IMG/VR virus record: IMGVR_UViG_2882238243_000002
Coordinates: 78,447-142,446 of that record
DNA from: a virus
Taxonomy: Duplodnaviria; Caudoviricetes
DNA: 64,000 bases
Strand: one strand, 5' to 3'
Numbering within the stretch: the first letter of the stretch is position 1; every line of letters starts with the position of its first letter. Position numbers and translations under genes: made by a program. The notes under the pieces are model-generated. The model had not been told where the DNA came from. It ran no database searches and saw nothing but the letters and a program-made list of their open reading frames with translations. This document shows positions 18,973 through 28,819 of the stretch, in pieces.

Positions 18973-19344
18973 ATGAAAAAAGAAAAGTGGTTAGTGACGG
19001 AAAGTTCTACTAGACCAGCCGGTAAACCAGACAGATGTTTTTATTGCGGCCAATTGATAGGCGAACAACACAAAGAAGATTGTGTTATTAGAAGTAAAAC
19101 GGTTGTTGTAGATTTTACATTTAGAACTGTACTATCTGTTCCTGAGTGTTGGGACGAAGAACAAATATGTCTCCATTATAACGATGGGTCTTGGTGTGCT
19201 GATAATATATTGTCTGAATTAGACGGCAGAAGTGAGAAGATGGGATGCAACTGCGATATCTATAAAGCTAAATTTATTAGAGATGCAGATGAGAGAGATG
19301 AAGAAAAATATGGTGTTACATATATTTCAGAAAAAGAAAGCTAA
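18973..19344 (+). CDS. Hypothetical Cys-rich protein
   Basis: CFYCGQ...HKEDC. Confidence 0.6.
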   Translation: MKKEKWLVTESSTRPAGKPDRCFYCGQLIGEQHKEDCVIRSKTVVVDFTFRTVLSVPECWDEEQICLHYNDGSWCADNILSELDGRSEKMGCNCDIYKAKFIRDADERDEEKYGVTYISEKES

Positions 19345-19586
19345 AAAGAGAATAAATAAAAGAACAGTCTGACTAACTTTGGTCGGTGAGCAGACTGTTC
19401 TTGCAACACAACTAGGGATAATCCTGAGTTGATATTCTAATTATATCAATTCTGAAATGGCTTAGTCAAGCCTATTATCCCATTAAATAATGCTTTCATT
19501 TATTTTTAAAAGAAAGTGAAGAAATATAAATATAGGAGGAAAGAGGTTTTGTATACCGTTAAGTTGCAACTTACTCCTCATACATA

Positions 19587-19737
19587 ATGGAAATAAAAAG
19601 AGTTTGGTAAATGCCAAATAAAAATACATTTTCTATCATGCCTATAAGATAATTAATACATAAAGGAAATTTTATTGGTTCCTTATGGTGGTTGGCATAA
19701 TGATACGATTGTTGTTGTAGAAAGAAAATCAAATTAA
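19587..19737 (+). pseudogene. Deleted remnant of an adenine DNA methylase-like gene
   Basis: MEIKRVW*MPNKNTFSIMPIR*LI joined to EILLVPYGGWHNDTIVVVERK, i.e. both termini of a common phage methylase family with the middle missing. Confidence 0.55.
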
Positions 19738-19825
19738 AAGACTGAGTTCATCGGTCAACAAAAAAAGAAAGGACAAAAAATTTATTTCACCGGTGGAGCT
19801 GCGCAGCGATAGATTTGGTGGAAGA

Positions 19826-20368
19826 TTGGGATTAAACATAGGATATTTAACATCTGATATAGAAGACAATGAATTATTTTCTCCTTATTATATAGTAGAT
19901 CATATAGTCAAATACTTACCAAAGGATAAGATTATTTGGTGCCCATTTGATGATGAGTGGTCTGCATTTTATCAGAGATTAAATGAAGAAGGATTTAATG
20001 TCGTAAGAAGTTCTTTGATGGAAGGATGTAATTTCTTTGAATATGAACCTGATAATTGGGATATCGTTGTATCAAATCCACCTTTTTCAGTAAAGGACAA
20101 GATATTAGAACGATTGTATTCATTTAACAAACCGTTTGCAATATTACTTCCACTCAATTCATTACAGGGGAAAACAAGATATAAATATTTCAAAGAAGGT
20201 ATTCAGATTCTTAGTTTTGATGCGAGAGTTAGCTATCACGATAAAGAACATATGGATAGTGTGGTAAAAGGAAGTCCGTTTGCAACAGCTTATTTCTGTA
20301 GAGATTTACTTCCAAAGGATCTGATAATTGAGAAACTGGTTACATATGAAAGACCGCTGATAGGATAA
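19826..20368 (+). CDS. Putative N6-adenine DNA methyltransferase
   Basis: IWCPFD and VSNPPFS motifs. Confidence 0.7.
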   Translation: MGLNIGYLTSDIEDNELFSPYYIVDHIVKYLPKDKIIWCPFDDEWSAFYQRLNEEGFNVVRSSLMEGCNFFEYEPDNWDIVVSNPPFSVKDKILERLYSFNKPFAILLPLNSLQGKTRYKYFKEGIQILSFDARVSYHDKEHMDSVVKGSPFATAYFCRDLLPKDLIIEKLVTYERPLIG

Positions 20369-20575
20369 ATGGAGGAAGCAATAATGGAATTAGTTATGTG
20401 GGTATTAGTGGATGATAATGACAAAGTAGTGGATCAAGTTTTACTTTCTATAAATGATGAAGAGAAAGCAATTGATACATTTGCAATTCGAGGTGTAAAA
20501 GGCAAATATTTCTTTGGTTATTTAAAAAATAATGGAAGTAGCCATATTTCAAAAGTAGCAAAACAAGTATTTTAA
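20369..20575 (+). CDS. Hypothetical protein
   Basis: ORF track. Confidence 0.5.
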   Translation: MEEAIMELVMWVLVDDNDKVVDQVLLSINDEEKAIDTFAIRGVKGKYFFGYLKNNGSSHISKVAKQVF

Positions 20576-20597
20576 ACTAATGAAATTTTAGTTTCCT

Positions 20598-21155
20598 TTG
20601 AAGAGAGGTGGTGGAATTATTAAAGTAATATTTTTAGATGTAGATGGAGAACTTACATATTCAGGATATAGGAATGAATTAACAAATGGCATTGATCCAA
20701 AAAAAGTGTCACTATTAAAAAAGATAGTAGATGCTACAAATGCAATTATTGTGTTGTCATCTTCTTGGAAGGTTGGATTTGAAAAGGAAACCGGTATAAA
20801 GAGAAGGTTCTATCAAGTGTTGGAAAGTGTACTAAACGATTTCGGACTAAAAATCTTCGATGTTACACCAGATATCCCAGCTCAAATTTCTGATGACAAC
20901 CCAGCAGTTGAAGTAATGACTCTCGAAGACACGATTAATATCAAGTGTGTTTACGGCACTGGTAGAGGAGCAGAGGTAAGAAAGTGGATTGATGATAATA
21001 AGCCTGAGTCATATGTAATTTTAGATGATGAAAATCACGATTGGTCTGATTATGCTTTAGAGAAAAATTGGATTCAACCAAGTTGGTTTGATAAGAATGG
21101 CGGATTACATCAAGAACATGTAGATAAGGCAATTGCAGTATTAAACAGATTATAA
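20598..21155 (+). CDS. HAD-superfamily phosphatase (Swiss-Army-knife RNA-repair type)
   Basis: IFLDVDGEL, VLSSSWK, RGAEV, YVILDD. Confidence 0.8.
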   Translation: MKRGGGIIKVIFLDVDGELTYSGYRNELTNGIDPKKVSLLKKIVDATNAIIVLSSSWKVGFEKETGIKRRFYQVLESVLNDFGLKIFDVTPDIPAQISDDNPAVEVMTLEDTINIKCVYGTGRGAEVRKWIDDNKPESYVILDDENHDWSDYALEKNWIQPSWFDKNGGLHQEHVDKAIAVLNRL

Positions 21156-21309
21156 AAGGGGAATTGTAATGAATAGTGTTACAGAAACAGTAATAGGATC
21201 GGGATTGACAATGCCAGAAGCTTTGGTTGTATGCGTTTTGATCATTGTTGTGGGTATTATTATTTATAAATTGATAGACTCGATTTTTTAATTAGAGGAG
21301 AATGTATAA

Positions 21310-21630
21310 TTGAGAACAGAAAATGTAAAAGTAACATTTGAAATCCCTTGCCATTTTGATGAGCCTGATTGCAATGGAGATATTTATACAAGAGAGTCAT
21401 GGGAAGAAGCTGTTAAGAAGGCAGTTGGATTACCCATTGAAATTATTAATGATGATGGTAGTTCGACAGTTGTTGGTGTTATTCGGGAGTTTGAATTAAT
21501 TGATGATGGTGAGAATTCGTACATAAAAGCAGTTGGCTCATTGTGGCATGGTGGAACATCAGAGTCAGTTATATTTACTAGAAACAAGATAACAAGTGTT
21601 GAGTTGTGCGGTGTTGGGATTACAAAATAA
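21310..21630 (+). CDS. Hypothetical protein
   Basis: ORF with GAGGAG RBS. Confidence 0.6.
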   Translation: MRTENVKVTFEIPCHFDEPDCNGDIYTRESWEEAVKKAVGLPIEIINDDGSSTVVGVIREFELIDDGENSYIKAVGSLWHGGTSESVIFTRNKITSVELCGVGITK

Positions 21631-21647
21631 GGTATGGAGGATAAAAA

Positions 21648-22532
21648 TTGGATTTTAAGATTATAGATTGCATTGATTACATTTATATTTCAAAAAATGA
21701 AAGATATAGCACGTCTCTTGATAATTTATTTTTTGATGGAGAAAAAGCAGAAAAAACAAATAAAAATGGGTGGTACAAATTACCTCGTATTCCCAAAAAC
21801 ATAACAATTAAAAAGCCAAATGAGCAAATAGATAAAAGGTATGAATTAAAATCTGGTTATGCTGCTACAGAATTAATGCCACAAATCATTACAATGGGAA
21901 TGTATAACACTGATGAATATGATGAAATAATTGGTTGCTATTCATTAAAATATGATGAGATAGATGGCGGATTTGAGGACGTAGAATTCACTATTGATAA
22001 AGTATACACGAAGAAAGATTTTGAATTTATTCCGAATACATATCAAGCAAGTGTTGGGCTATTGACAGAAATCGAATATCCAGAGGAAATTTATCAGGAT
22101 ATGCCATGTAAATTGGATTCCAAGCAGGTTTTTGATTTGATTAGGGAACATGTAAAAGCTAATATAAATACTTCTATTGCAAAAGTAACTTCTGATTATG
22201 ATTTTCATTTTGAAGTGACAAGAAGTATCGGATTGGCTAATCCATATACAAAAATGGTTGATACAAATAATTCTTGGATGAATAAAAGAAGAAAGCCAAA
22301 ATGGGTTGAAAAAATGGTATCTGATAAATCTGTTCCTATCTTAAATATTAAGACACCCAGTTCAAGTGATTATGGAAAAGATTGCGTAATTCCTTCTCCA
22401 ATAATAGGGGAAAATTATAAAGATTTAGAGAAAAAGGTTAACAGCTATTTAGATGAAATTATGATTAATATTAATAAAAAATATTGTGAATGTCCTCAAT
22501 GTCAGGGTTGGGGAGTTGTGGAGGTGGAATAA
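21648..22532 (+). CDS. Hypothetical protein with C-terminal Zn ribbon
   Basis: Ends CPQCQGWG. Confidence 0.65.
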   Translation: MDFKIIDCIDYIYISKNERYSTSLDNLFFDGEKAEKTNKNGWYKLPRIPKNITIKKPNEQIDKRYELKSGYAATELMPQIITMGMYNTDEYDEIIGCYSLKYDEIDGGFEDVEFTIDKVYTKKDFEFIPNTYQASVGLLTEIEYPEEIYQDMPCKLDSKQVFDLIREHVKANINTSIAKVTSDYDFHFEVTRSIGLANPYTKMVDTNNSWMNKRRKPKWVEKMVSDKSVPILNIKTPSSSDYGKDCVIPSPIIGENYKDLEKKVNSYLDEIMININKKYCECPQCQGWGVVEVE

Positions 22533-22808
22533 ATGGCTACGATAAAATTTAGTAAAGACTATCTTAAGAACGAACTTGATTTACCTTATGAAAATACAAT
22601 TGTTGATAATATTATTGACACTGGAAGATGGTCTATTTATCACGAAATAGTGTTTGCAGATAAAGGGAAGTTTTACATGACGACTTATTCAGAAGGAGCT
22701 ACTGAGTGTCAGTATGAAATTCCTTGGGAATACGAAGACGAGATTGAATGTACCGAAGTAGAGTTAAAAGAAGTAAAGATTAAGAAATGGGTTCCAGTAG
22801 AGAATTAA
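22533..22808 (+). CDS. Hypothetical phage protein
   Basis: GRWSIYHEIVF...GATECQ. Confidence 0.6.
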   Translation: MATIKFSKDYLKNELDLPYENTIVDNIIDTGRWSIYHEIVFADKGKFYMTTYSEGATECQYEIPWEYEDEIECTEVELKEVKIKKWVPVEN

Positions 22809-23228
22809 TCATAAGAATTACGAATTTCGTTGGAGGTAAGAAATGTAAATGGACAATACGATAGAAACAAAAGCTCTAATTAAGTTGATTGAAAATTCCG
22901 CAATTGGACGTTCGACGAGTTATTGGAAAGGTTTCGTCAAGGCTGATGACCTTATAAAAATAGCGAATATGATTAACAAAGGTGAAATTGATAAATTCGG
23001 GAATGACATAGCAGAAATAGATAAATAAAAATTACAGAAAGGATTAGGGTGCTGCAGCCAATAGTCATATGAGCCTTTCGGTAGTTAAAAATAGAGAAAA
23101 ATATTTACTAAATGAAGATTGTCTTACAGGGATGAAAAGGATTAAGGAGGAACGTTATATTAGAAATTTTAGCAAATGATGAACAGAGAGTTATAAAACT
23201 ATATGTAGAAGATAGATTTTCGTTACGA

Positions 23229-23828
23229 ATGATAGCAGATGAATATGGAACAGATCATCATAGAATAAAAAGAATATTAGAAAAAAATGAAATAGAAATT
23301 ACCAGAAAGAATAGAAAAAGAAAAAGTTCTAAGGGTTACAAAAGAAAACCATTTACAGATGAGCATAGAAAGAACATAGGATTGGCACAAAAAGGCAAGG
23401 TGGCAAGAAACAAAGGTAAAAAGATGCCAAAAGAATCTTTATATAAGAACATACTCGGACACCTACATAGAAAAGTTTCTTTAGAGTGGCTACGATCGTT
23501 TGAGGATATAGAAAAATTAAAATACTTAAACCATATTATGAGTAGAGATAGAGTTGGTAAAAACTTCGCTAATGAAGAATATATAAATTTTATAGAATAT
23601 TTTTATTATAATAAAGGATTCAATAATACATATGATAATTGGATAAATGAGAATAAAGCGAAATACGCAAAGCCGTCATTAGACCATATAATTCCACTAT
23701 CCAATGGAGGTGGTTGGGATTTGAGTAATCTCAGAATAATTCCATGGTGTGTGAATAGAGCAAAATTTAATTATAACCCAAATGAATGGGAACATATAAA
23801 ACATAATTATTTAACGAAAGAGTGGTGA
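23229..23828 (+). CDS. HNH homing-type endonuclease with NUMOD3-like motif
   Basis: FTDEHRKNIGLAQKG; PSLDHIIPLSNGG..NLRIIPWCVNRAK; true start probably near 23157 after AAGGAGG. Confidence 0.8.
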   Translation: MIADEYGTDHHRIKRILEKNEIEITRKNRKRKSSKGYKRKPFTDEHRKNIGLAQKGKVARNKGKKMPKESLYKNILGHLHRKVSLEWLRSFEDIEKLKYLNHIMSRDRVGKNFANEEYINFIEYFYYNKGFNNTYDNWINENKAKYAKPSLDHIIPLSNGGGWDLSNLRIIPWCVNRAKFNYNPNEWEHIKHNYLTKEW

Positions 23829-23834
23829 TGAAAA

Positions 23835-24605
23835 ATTACGGAAGTAAAAATAGAAAGTAACAATATTTATAACGAGGACTGTTTGGAATTGATGCGATAT
23901 ATTCCTGATAAATCAATAGATATGATTTGCACAGATCTTCCGTATGGTTAAGGACAAAAATCTCGAAATAAGTGGGATACGGTTATACCATTTAAACCAT
24001 TATGGGAGCAGTATGAGAGAATAATTAAAGATAATGGAGCAATTATCTTATTTGCAAACGGAATGTTTACTGCTGATTTAATGCAAAGCAACCGAAAATT
24101 ATGGAAATATAATCTGATTTGGGAAAAGACTCAACCAACTGGATTTTACAATGCTAAAAAAATGCCACTAAGATCTCATGAAGATATTTGTGTATTTTAT
24201 AAGAAACCACCTACATATAGTCCCCAAAAGACAATGGGACATGTTAGGAAGGTAAGTAAAGCGGAACATAAAGTAAATTGCAAGCAGTCTACTGATTATG
24301 GAGTTGCTGGTCTTACTACCTATGATAGTACAGAACGATATCCAAAATCTGTATGGACTTTTGCAAAAGATATTCAGAAATCAGCATTGCATCCGACACA
24401 AAAGCCAGTGGCTTTAATTGAGGAGTTAATAAAAACCTATTCAAATGAAGATGATACCGTTTTAGATTCTTGTGCCGGTAGCATGACAACGGCAATAGCT
24501 GCCATTAATACTAATAGAAATTACATATGTTTTGAAAAGGATAGAGAAATATTTGAGGTGGGAAGAAATAGAGTTGAGGAACATTTAAAAAGTATAGACC
24601 GATAA
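23835..24605 (+). pseudogene. N4/N6 (beta-class) DNA methyltransferase with in-frame stop
   Basis: IYNEDCLE..IPDKSIDMICTDLPYG, TAA (23949-23951), then in-frame GQKSRNKWD...HPTQKPV...VLDSCAGS. Confidence 0.75.
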
Positions 24606-24879
24606 ATCTTTACATTCTTATGGTTTATTGATAGAGAGGAGAGAATTGAACGGGTTTTATGACAGAAATAGCGACTAGAAAAAGAAGATTGACTATTTGG
24701 GAGAGATTATCAATCAAACTTACATATAAAATACTTTATTCTAAAAGAGGAAAAAGAAGTAGATTGGTATTTTTAGGTGATGATAATCTGCCAGAGTTAA
24801 CTTTTAGTAAATTATTGAAATGGAAATTGAAACGATAATCTAAATGAAAACGATATTTCAAGATAATAATAGAGACGGC

Positions 24880-25065
24880 TTATTCGCCGTCCCTGCATGA
24901 ATCGTGTTTTGATATTTCTATGTTAAAGAATTTAGTTTTTATTTTTACATCGTGAATTTGGTCTTTTATACATATATGTAAAATAGCTCGAATGCCATAT
25001 ATAATCAAAATCACCAAAACCAAAGTAAAAACAACGCCCAAAAGAGCTTCCACATGAAGCACCAC
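24880..25065 (-). CDS. Small single-TM protein in inverted orientation
   Basis: ALLGVVFTLVLVILIIYGI; AAAGG RBS on the - strand. Confidence 0.5.
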   Translation of the reverse strand: MVLHVEALLGVVFTLVLVILIIYGIRAILHICIKDQIHDVKIKTKFFNIEISKHDSCRDGE

Positions 25066-25296
25066 CTTTCAGAAAAATGTGAGAGTGTTACTAGCTACAG
25101 TATATAAATAATAAGTTTTTTTGATTTTCTCTACGTTTTTAATATTTTTCTGTTTTGGTTTTATATTTGATTGTTGTTTAGTCTGTTTTAGGTTTTTTTG
25201 ATTTATATTATACATGATTATATCAAGGTTGTAAAGAAAAACGATATTAATTTGGATATAAAAAATATCAAGTATGCAGTTTTAAGGAGTGAATAA

Positions 25297-26019
25297 ATGA
25301 TAAAAAGAGAAGCTATTAATATAGAAGAAACAGTCAAAAAGATGTTTCCCAAAGAGCTTATCAAAGACTTACAAGATGATGAACGTATTTGTCCTACTTG
25401 TCATGGTTTGGGAATGCGAATAGAGAATAATGTTTATGGAATCCATGGTGATACATCTGAGGCCGGTAAAAGAGAGCGTTTCCCATATAAGCACCAAGCA
25501 TTATCTTTTTGTCCGGATTGTTACAATGGCGTACAAAAGCTGTGTGAGTATTGTAAACAACCATTTAAGCAAAGGGGATATTACCATTGTAACTGTGAGG
25601 GATTTAAGAAAGATGAAGAAGAAAAGCGAATTGCAAAATATAATGATATGGTTTCCAAAGCGAAAGATGTTCAGGAAGCAGATGTAACAACAATGTTGTA
25701 TTGTGAAGAGTTTGATAAATATTTTATCGATACAGATGACTTTTTTGAATATTGGGCTAGTGATTGTGATGATGAAGATATTATACCAGAAAGATTATGG
25801 GTGTGTTCTATTGCAGAAGTTGGTATTGATGCTGCTAATGTAATTGAAAACGCTTGCAGCGATTTACATGAGGATGCAAGTGAAAACTGTGATTATGGAA
25901 GTTTGCAGAAATTACTTGATATTTGGTGCAAAGAACAAAGTGGAACTACAACGTATTATCCTTGTTACGATGAATATATAACGATTGATTGGATAGGTAC
26001 TAATGATGAATACAATTAA
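25297..26019 (+). CDS. Zn-finger hypothetical protein
   Basis: CPTCHGLG, CPDC, CEYC. Confidence 0.65.
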   Translation: MIKREAINIEETVKKMFPKELIKDLQDDERICPTCHGLGMRIENNVYGIHGDTSEAGKRERFPYKHQALSFCPDCYNGVQKLCEYCKQPFKQRGYYHCNCEGFKKDEEEKRIAKYNDMVSKAKDVQEADVTTMLYCEEFDKYFIDTDDFFEYWASDCDDEDIIPERLWVCSIAEVGIDAANVIENACSDLHEDASENCDYGSLQKLLDIWCKEQSGTTTYYPCYDEYITIDWIGTNDEYN

Positions 26020-26419
26020 CGAATTTAGAGGTAAATATTATTTTTTAAGTAACTTTTATGAAGCACCTGTTGCGTATGAAGGGGTTACATATAGAAATAA
26101 TGAAGCAGCATTTCAGGCACAAAAAACATTTTCTGACAGAGAGTGTTTTGGAAACTTAGACCCTTCGTCTGCGAAAAAGTTAGGTAGACGTGTACAACTA
26201 AGAAGTGACTGGGAAAAGGTTAAATTTGATGAAATGTACAATATCGTAAAAGCAAAATTTAAACAAAATACTGAGCTGAAAGACAAACTGCTTAATACTG
26301 GTGATTTTCGTTTAGAAGAAGGTAATACGTGGGGAGATAGAATATGGGGAACTGTCAATGGTAAAGGGCAGAATAATTTGGGCAAAATTTTGATGCGAGT
26401 AAGAGACGAGTTGAAATGA
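26003..26419 (+). CDS. NADAR (YbiA-like) family protein
   Basis: FLSNFY, EAAFQAQK, AKKLGR, LRSDWE, AKFKQN, WGDRIWG, GQNNLGKILM. Confidence 0.9.
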   Translation: MMNTINEFRGKYYFLSNFYEAPVAYEGVTYRNNEAAFQAQKTFSDRECFGNLDPSSAKKLGRRVQLRSDWEKVKFDEMYNIVKAKFKQNTELKDKLLNTGDFRLEEGNTWGDRIWGTVNGKGQNNLGKILMRVRDELK

Positions 26420-26448
26420 AATGAAAGTCGAGTTTCATTAGAAAAGGG

Positions 26449-27612
26449 GTGGTGAGAATACAGTTACGAATGAATAAAAATGAGAGTATGTTAAAACAGA
26501 TAATAGCAGGAATGTCTGTATCTTTGGGCGTTAGTATTGTTACGGGTATATTTCAGATTATGAAGAGTATGAAAATGTCAACCATTCAAGTTGGAGAATG
26601 GGATAATTCGTATAATAATGTAAATAAACAATTATATAAATTAGATCCTAAGACCTACATTAAGCATAGGACTCCTACCACTAATCAGGATTTTTACGAG
26701 CTTAGTGAAAACATTTCTTATTTCATTAGGCTGAAAAATAATAATTATTTAAAAGTAGAAACATTCAGGGATAAAAATGATAAGACTTCGTATCCGGAGC
26801 ATCGCCTAAAAATATCATTCTTTGGAAAAGAAAAATACAAGAACAGAGAAGAGTTTTTAAAGAATGCCTTGAAAATGACAGATGATAAACATATCAGGGT
26901 TCAGTATTTAAATGAGTTTGACATGAGCTGCGATGTTATTCCGCATACATTTGATAATATTGTTCTCAACAACATCGTAAGAGACAGAATTGTAAAAGGA
27001 TTGTCAAACTGGGAGAAAAGCAAAGAGTGGTATGAAAAACATCAACTTGTACATAAAATCGGAGTATTTCTATATGGGAAGCCGGGGACGGGTAAGTCTA
27101 CTATTGCAAAAGCTATTAGTTCGATGTTTAGTAACGCCCCTATATTGACTATCGATCCAGATAATATTATGAATTCAGTTAATGGTATTCTTAGAACTAG
27201 AAAGAAATATAGTGGCACAATTATAGTTCTTGTTGAAGATTTTGATTTATTCTTCAAAAGTAGAGAAGAAATAGAGAATGTAGATTTAAACGTGCTACAA
27301 AAGAAACAAAAGGATACTAATCAAAATGCTATATTTCAATTATTAGACGGTGTATATTCGACAGATAATACTATTTATATAGCTACAACTAATTACAAAG
27401 AAAGGATAGATTCTGCACTTATAAGATATGGTAGATTTGATATTCAAGAAGAAATAGAATATTTTTGTTATAATGACGCATTAAATTTTGTTCAATTACT
27501 TGGATATAACAAGAGTGTTTTGGATAGTTTTGAGTTGGAATATCCTGTGCAGCCTTCATATTTGCAAAGTAAGGTTATGGAATATAGGGCAAGGAATCAA
27601 AAAGATAAATAA
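26449..27612 (+). CDS. BCS1-like AAA+ ATPase with N-terminal hydrophobic segment
   Basis: GVFLYGKPGTGKS, VEDFD, LLDG, TTN..ERIDSALIRYGRFD. Confidence 0.8.
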   Translation: MVRIQLRMNKNESMLKQIIAGMSVSLGVSIVTGIFQIMKSMKMSTIQVGEWDNSYNNVNKQLYKLDPKTYIKHRTPTTNQDFYELSENISYFIRLKNNNYLKVETFRDKNDKTSYPEHRLKISFFGKEKYKNREEFLKNALKMTDDKHIRVQYLNEFDMSCDVIPHTFDNIVLNNIVRDRIVKGLSNWEKSKEWYEKHQLVHKIGVFLYGKPGTGKSTIAKAISSMFSNAPILTIDPDNIMNSVNGILRTRKKYSGTIIVLVEDFDLFFKSREEIENVDLNVLQKKQKDTNQNAIFQLLDGVYSTDNTIYIATTNYKERIDSALIRYGRFDIQEEIEYFCYNDALNFVQLLGYNKSVLDSFELEYPVQPSYLQSKVMEYRARNQKDK

Positions 27613-27620
27613 GGGGATGT

Positions 27621-27857
27621 ATGGTATGGAAATACGAGAAATTTAAAGGTAATGGAGCTATATATGCTTTTTGTCCAAAGTGTAATTTTCATCATAATCC
27701 AAGTAATCTTGATTGTAAAACCATGATAGTAGAAATTACTTTTCAGTACAATTATTGCCCCATGTGTGGAGAATATCTGCACGACAAAGAAACTGAGACA
27801 GATGTTGATGTTACATGGGATGAGAGAGAGATTGCTGTGTTATATGAAGAATATTAA
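27621..27857 (+). CDS. Zn-ribbon hypothetical protein
   Basis: CPKC...YCPMCG. Confidence 0.6.
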   Translation: MVWKYEKFKGNGAIYAFCPKCNFHHNPSNLDCKTMIVEITFQYNYCPMCGEYLHDKETETDVDVTWDEREIAVLYEEY

Positions 27858-27883
27858 TGATAGAAAAGGGTTGAAAATCAAAT

Positions 27884-28444
27884 ATGAACATATATGAAGA
27901 AATGATAGAAAAACTGCAAACAAAAGAGAAATTAAATTCCAATGATGAACAGATATTATCAAAACTTAAAAAAGAATCTAATATTGTAAAAGCAACAGAA
28001 AAATATGGTGTAGATTTTTTACATAGAAGATTTATTGGGATAAATTATACACAAGATGGGATTCCTTATGGCTTAGTGGATCTTTCACCTAGTAGTACAT
28101 ATATTGGAAAACACGAAGAAATTACAAACATAGGAATGTTTGAAACTCCAGAAAACTTGTTATCAATTCGATTTTCAACAGGTGCTTATATTTTTGGGGA
28201 AGATTACCCTACTGCGTTTTTCAGAGAATTTTATAATGAATTTTTAGAAACAATGCAGCCGAAATACAGAGATAATATAAATAACCGTACATTTTATGAA
28301 TTAGATAGAATAAAAGAAGTTTTAGAAAAGTTCGATGTAATTATAAATAAGTATGAAAATTTGAATCGAGAAAACAGAAAGCAAAGAGCCATTGAAGAAA
28401 AATTAAGGGAAATTGAGAAATTAAAAGCATCGTTGAACAGTTGA
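27884..28444 (+). CDS. Hypothetical protein
   Basis: ORF; TGA stop is the left arm of site 28442. Confidence 0.6.
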   Translation: MNIYEEMIEKLQTKEKLNSNDEQILSKLKKESNIVKATEKYGVDFLHRRFIGINYTQDGIPYGLVDLSPSSTYIGKHEEITNIGMFETPENLLSIRFSTGAYIFGEDYPTAFFREFYNEFLETMQPKYRDNINNRTFYELDRIKEVLEKFDVIINKYENLNRENRKQRAIEEKLREIEKLKASLNS

Positions 28445-28482
28445 AATCTTGGTTTAATCTTGCATATGAAAGGTACTGAATT

Positions 28483-28707
28483 ATGGACAAAGTAAAAACA
28501 TATAAAACGCCAAAAGAAATAGTTGAGGATTATTTTCCTAATAGGATTAATGAAGGTTGTAAGGGCGGGGTTATTGGGTGTCCATATGAACTAGTATATA
28601 ACGAATTAATACACTTGACAGAACAAGAGTGCGTAAAATTCTGTAGCGAGTATGAATATGCAATACCGGCAGCTGCTTGTGACCAATGTTGGAAACAGAA
28701 ATCATAA
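28483..28707 (+). CDS. Small Cys-rich hypothetical protein
   Basis: Single ORF between sites 28442 and 28710. Confidence 0.55.
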   Translation: MDKVKTYKTPKEIVEDYFPNRINEGCKGGVIGCPYELVYNELIHLTEQECVKFCSEYEYAIPAAACDQCWKQKS

Positions 28708-28771
28708 GATAAATCCATCGTTTCATCGGAGAAATTAAGAGAATAAATATAAAAAATAGAAAGGGTAGTTT

Positions 28772-28814
28772 TAAGTTCCTATAGGGTAAAGGTGCACCTG
28801 CTTATGACGGTAAG
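28772..28814 (+). repeat. Leader repeat copy 1 (also at 51459-51500)
   Basis: TAAGTTCCTATAGGGTAAAGGTGCACCTGCTTATGACGGTAAG versus TAAGTTCCTATAGGATAAAGTGCGCACACTTATGACGGTAAG. Confidence 0.75.
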
Positions 28815-28819
28815 CAAAC

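Noticed and set aside
23949-23951. Stop-codon reassignment explaining the in-frame TAA
   Set aside because: TAA terminates many clear genes in the window, so the genetic code appears standard.
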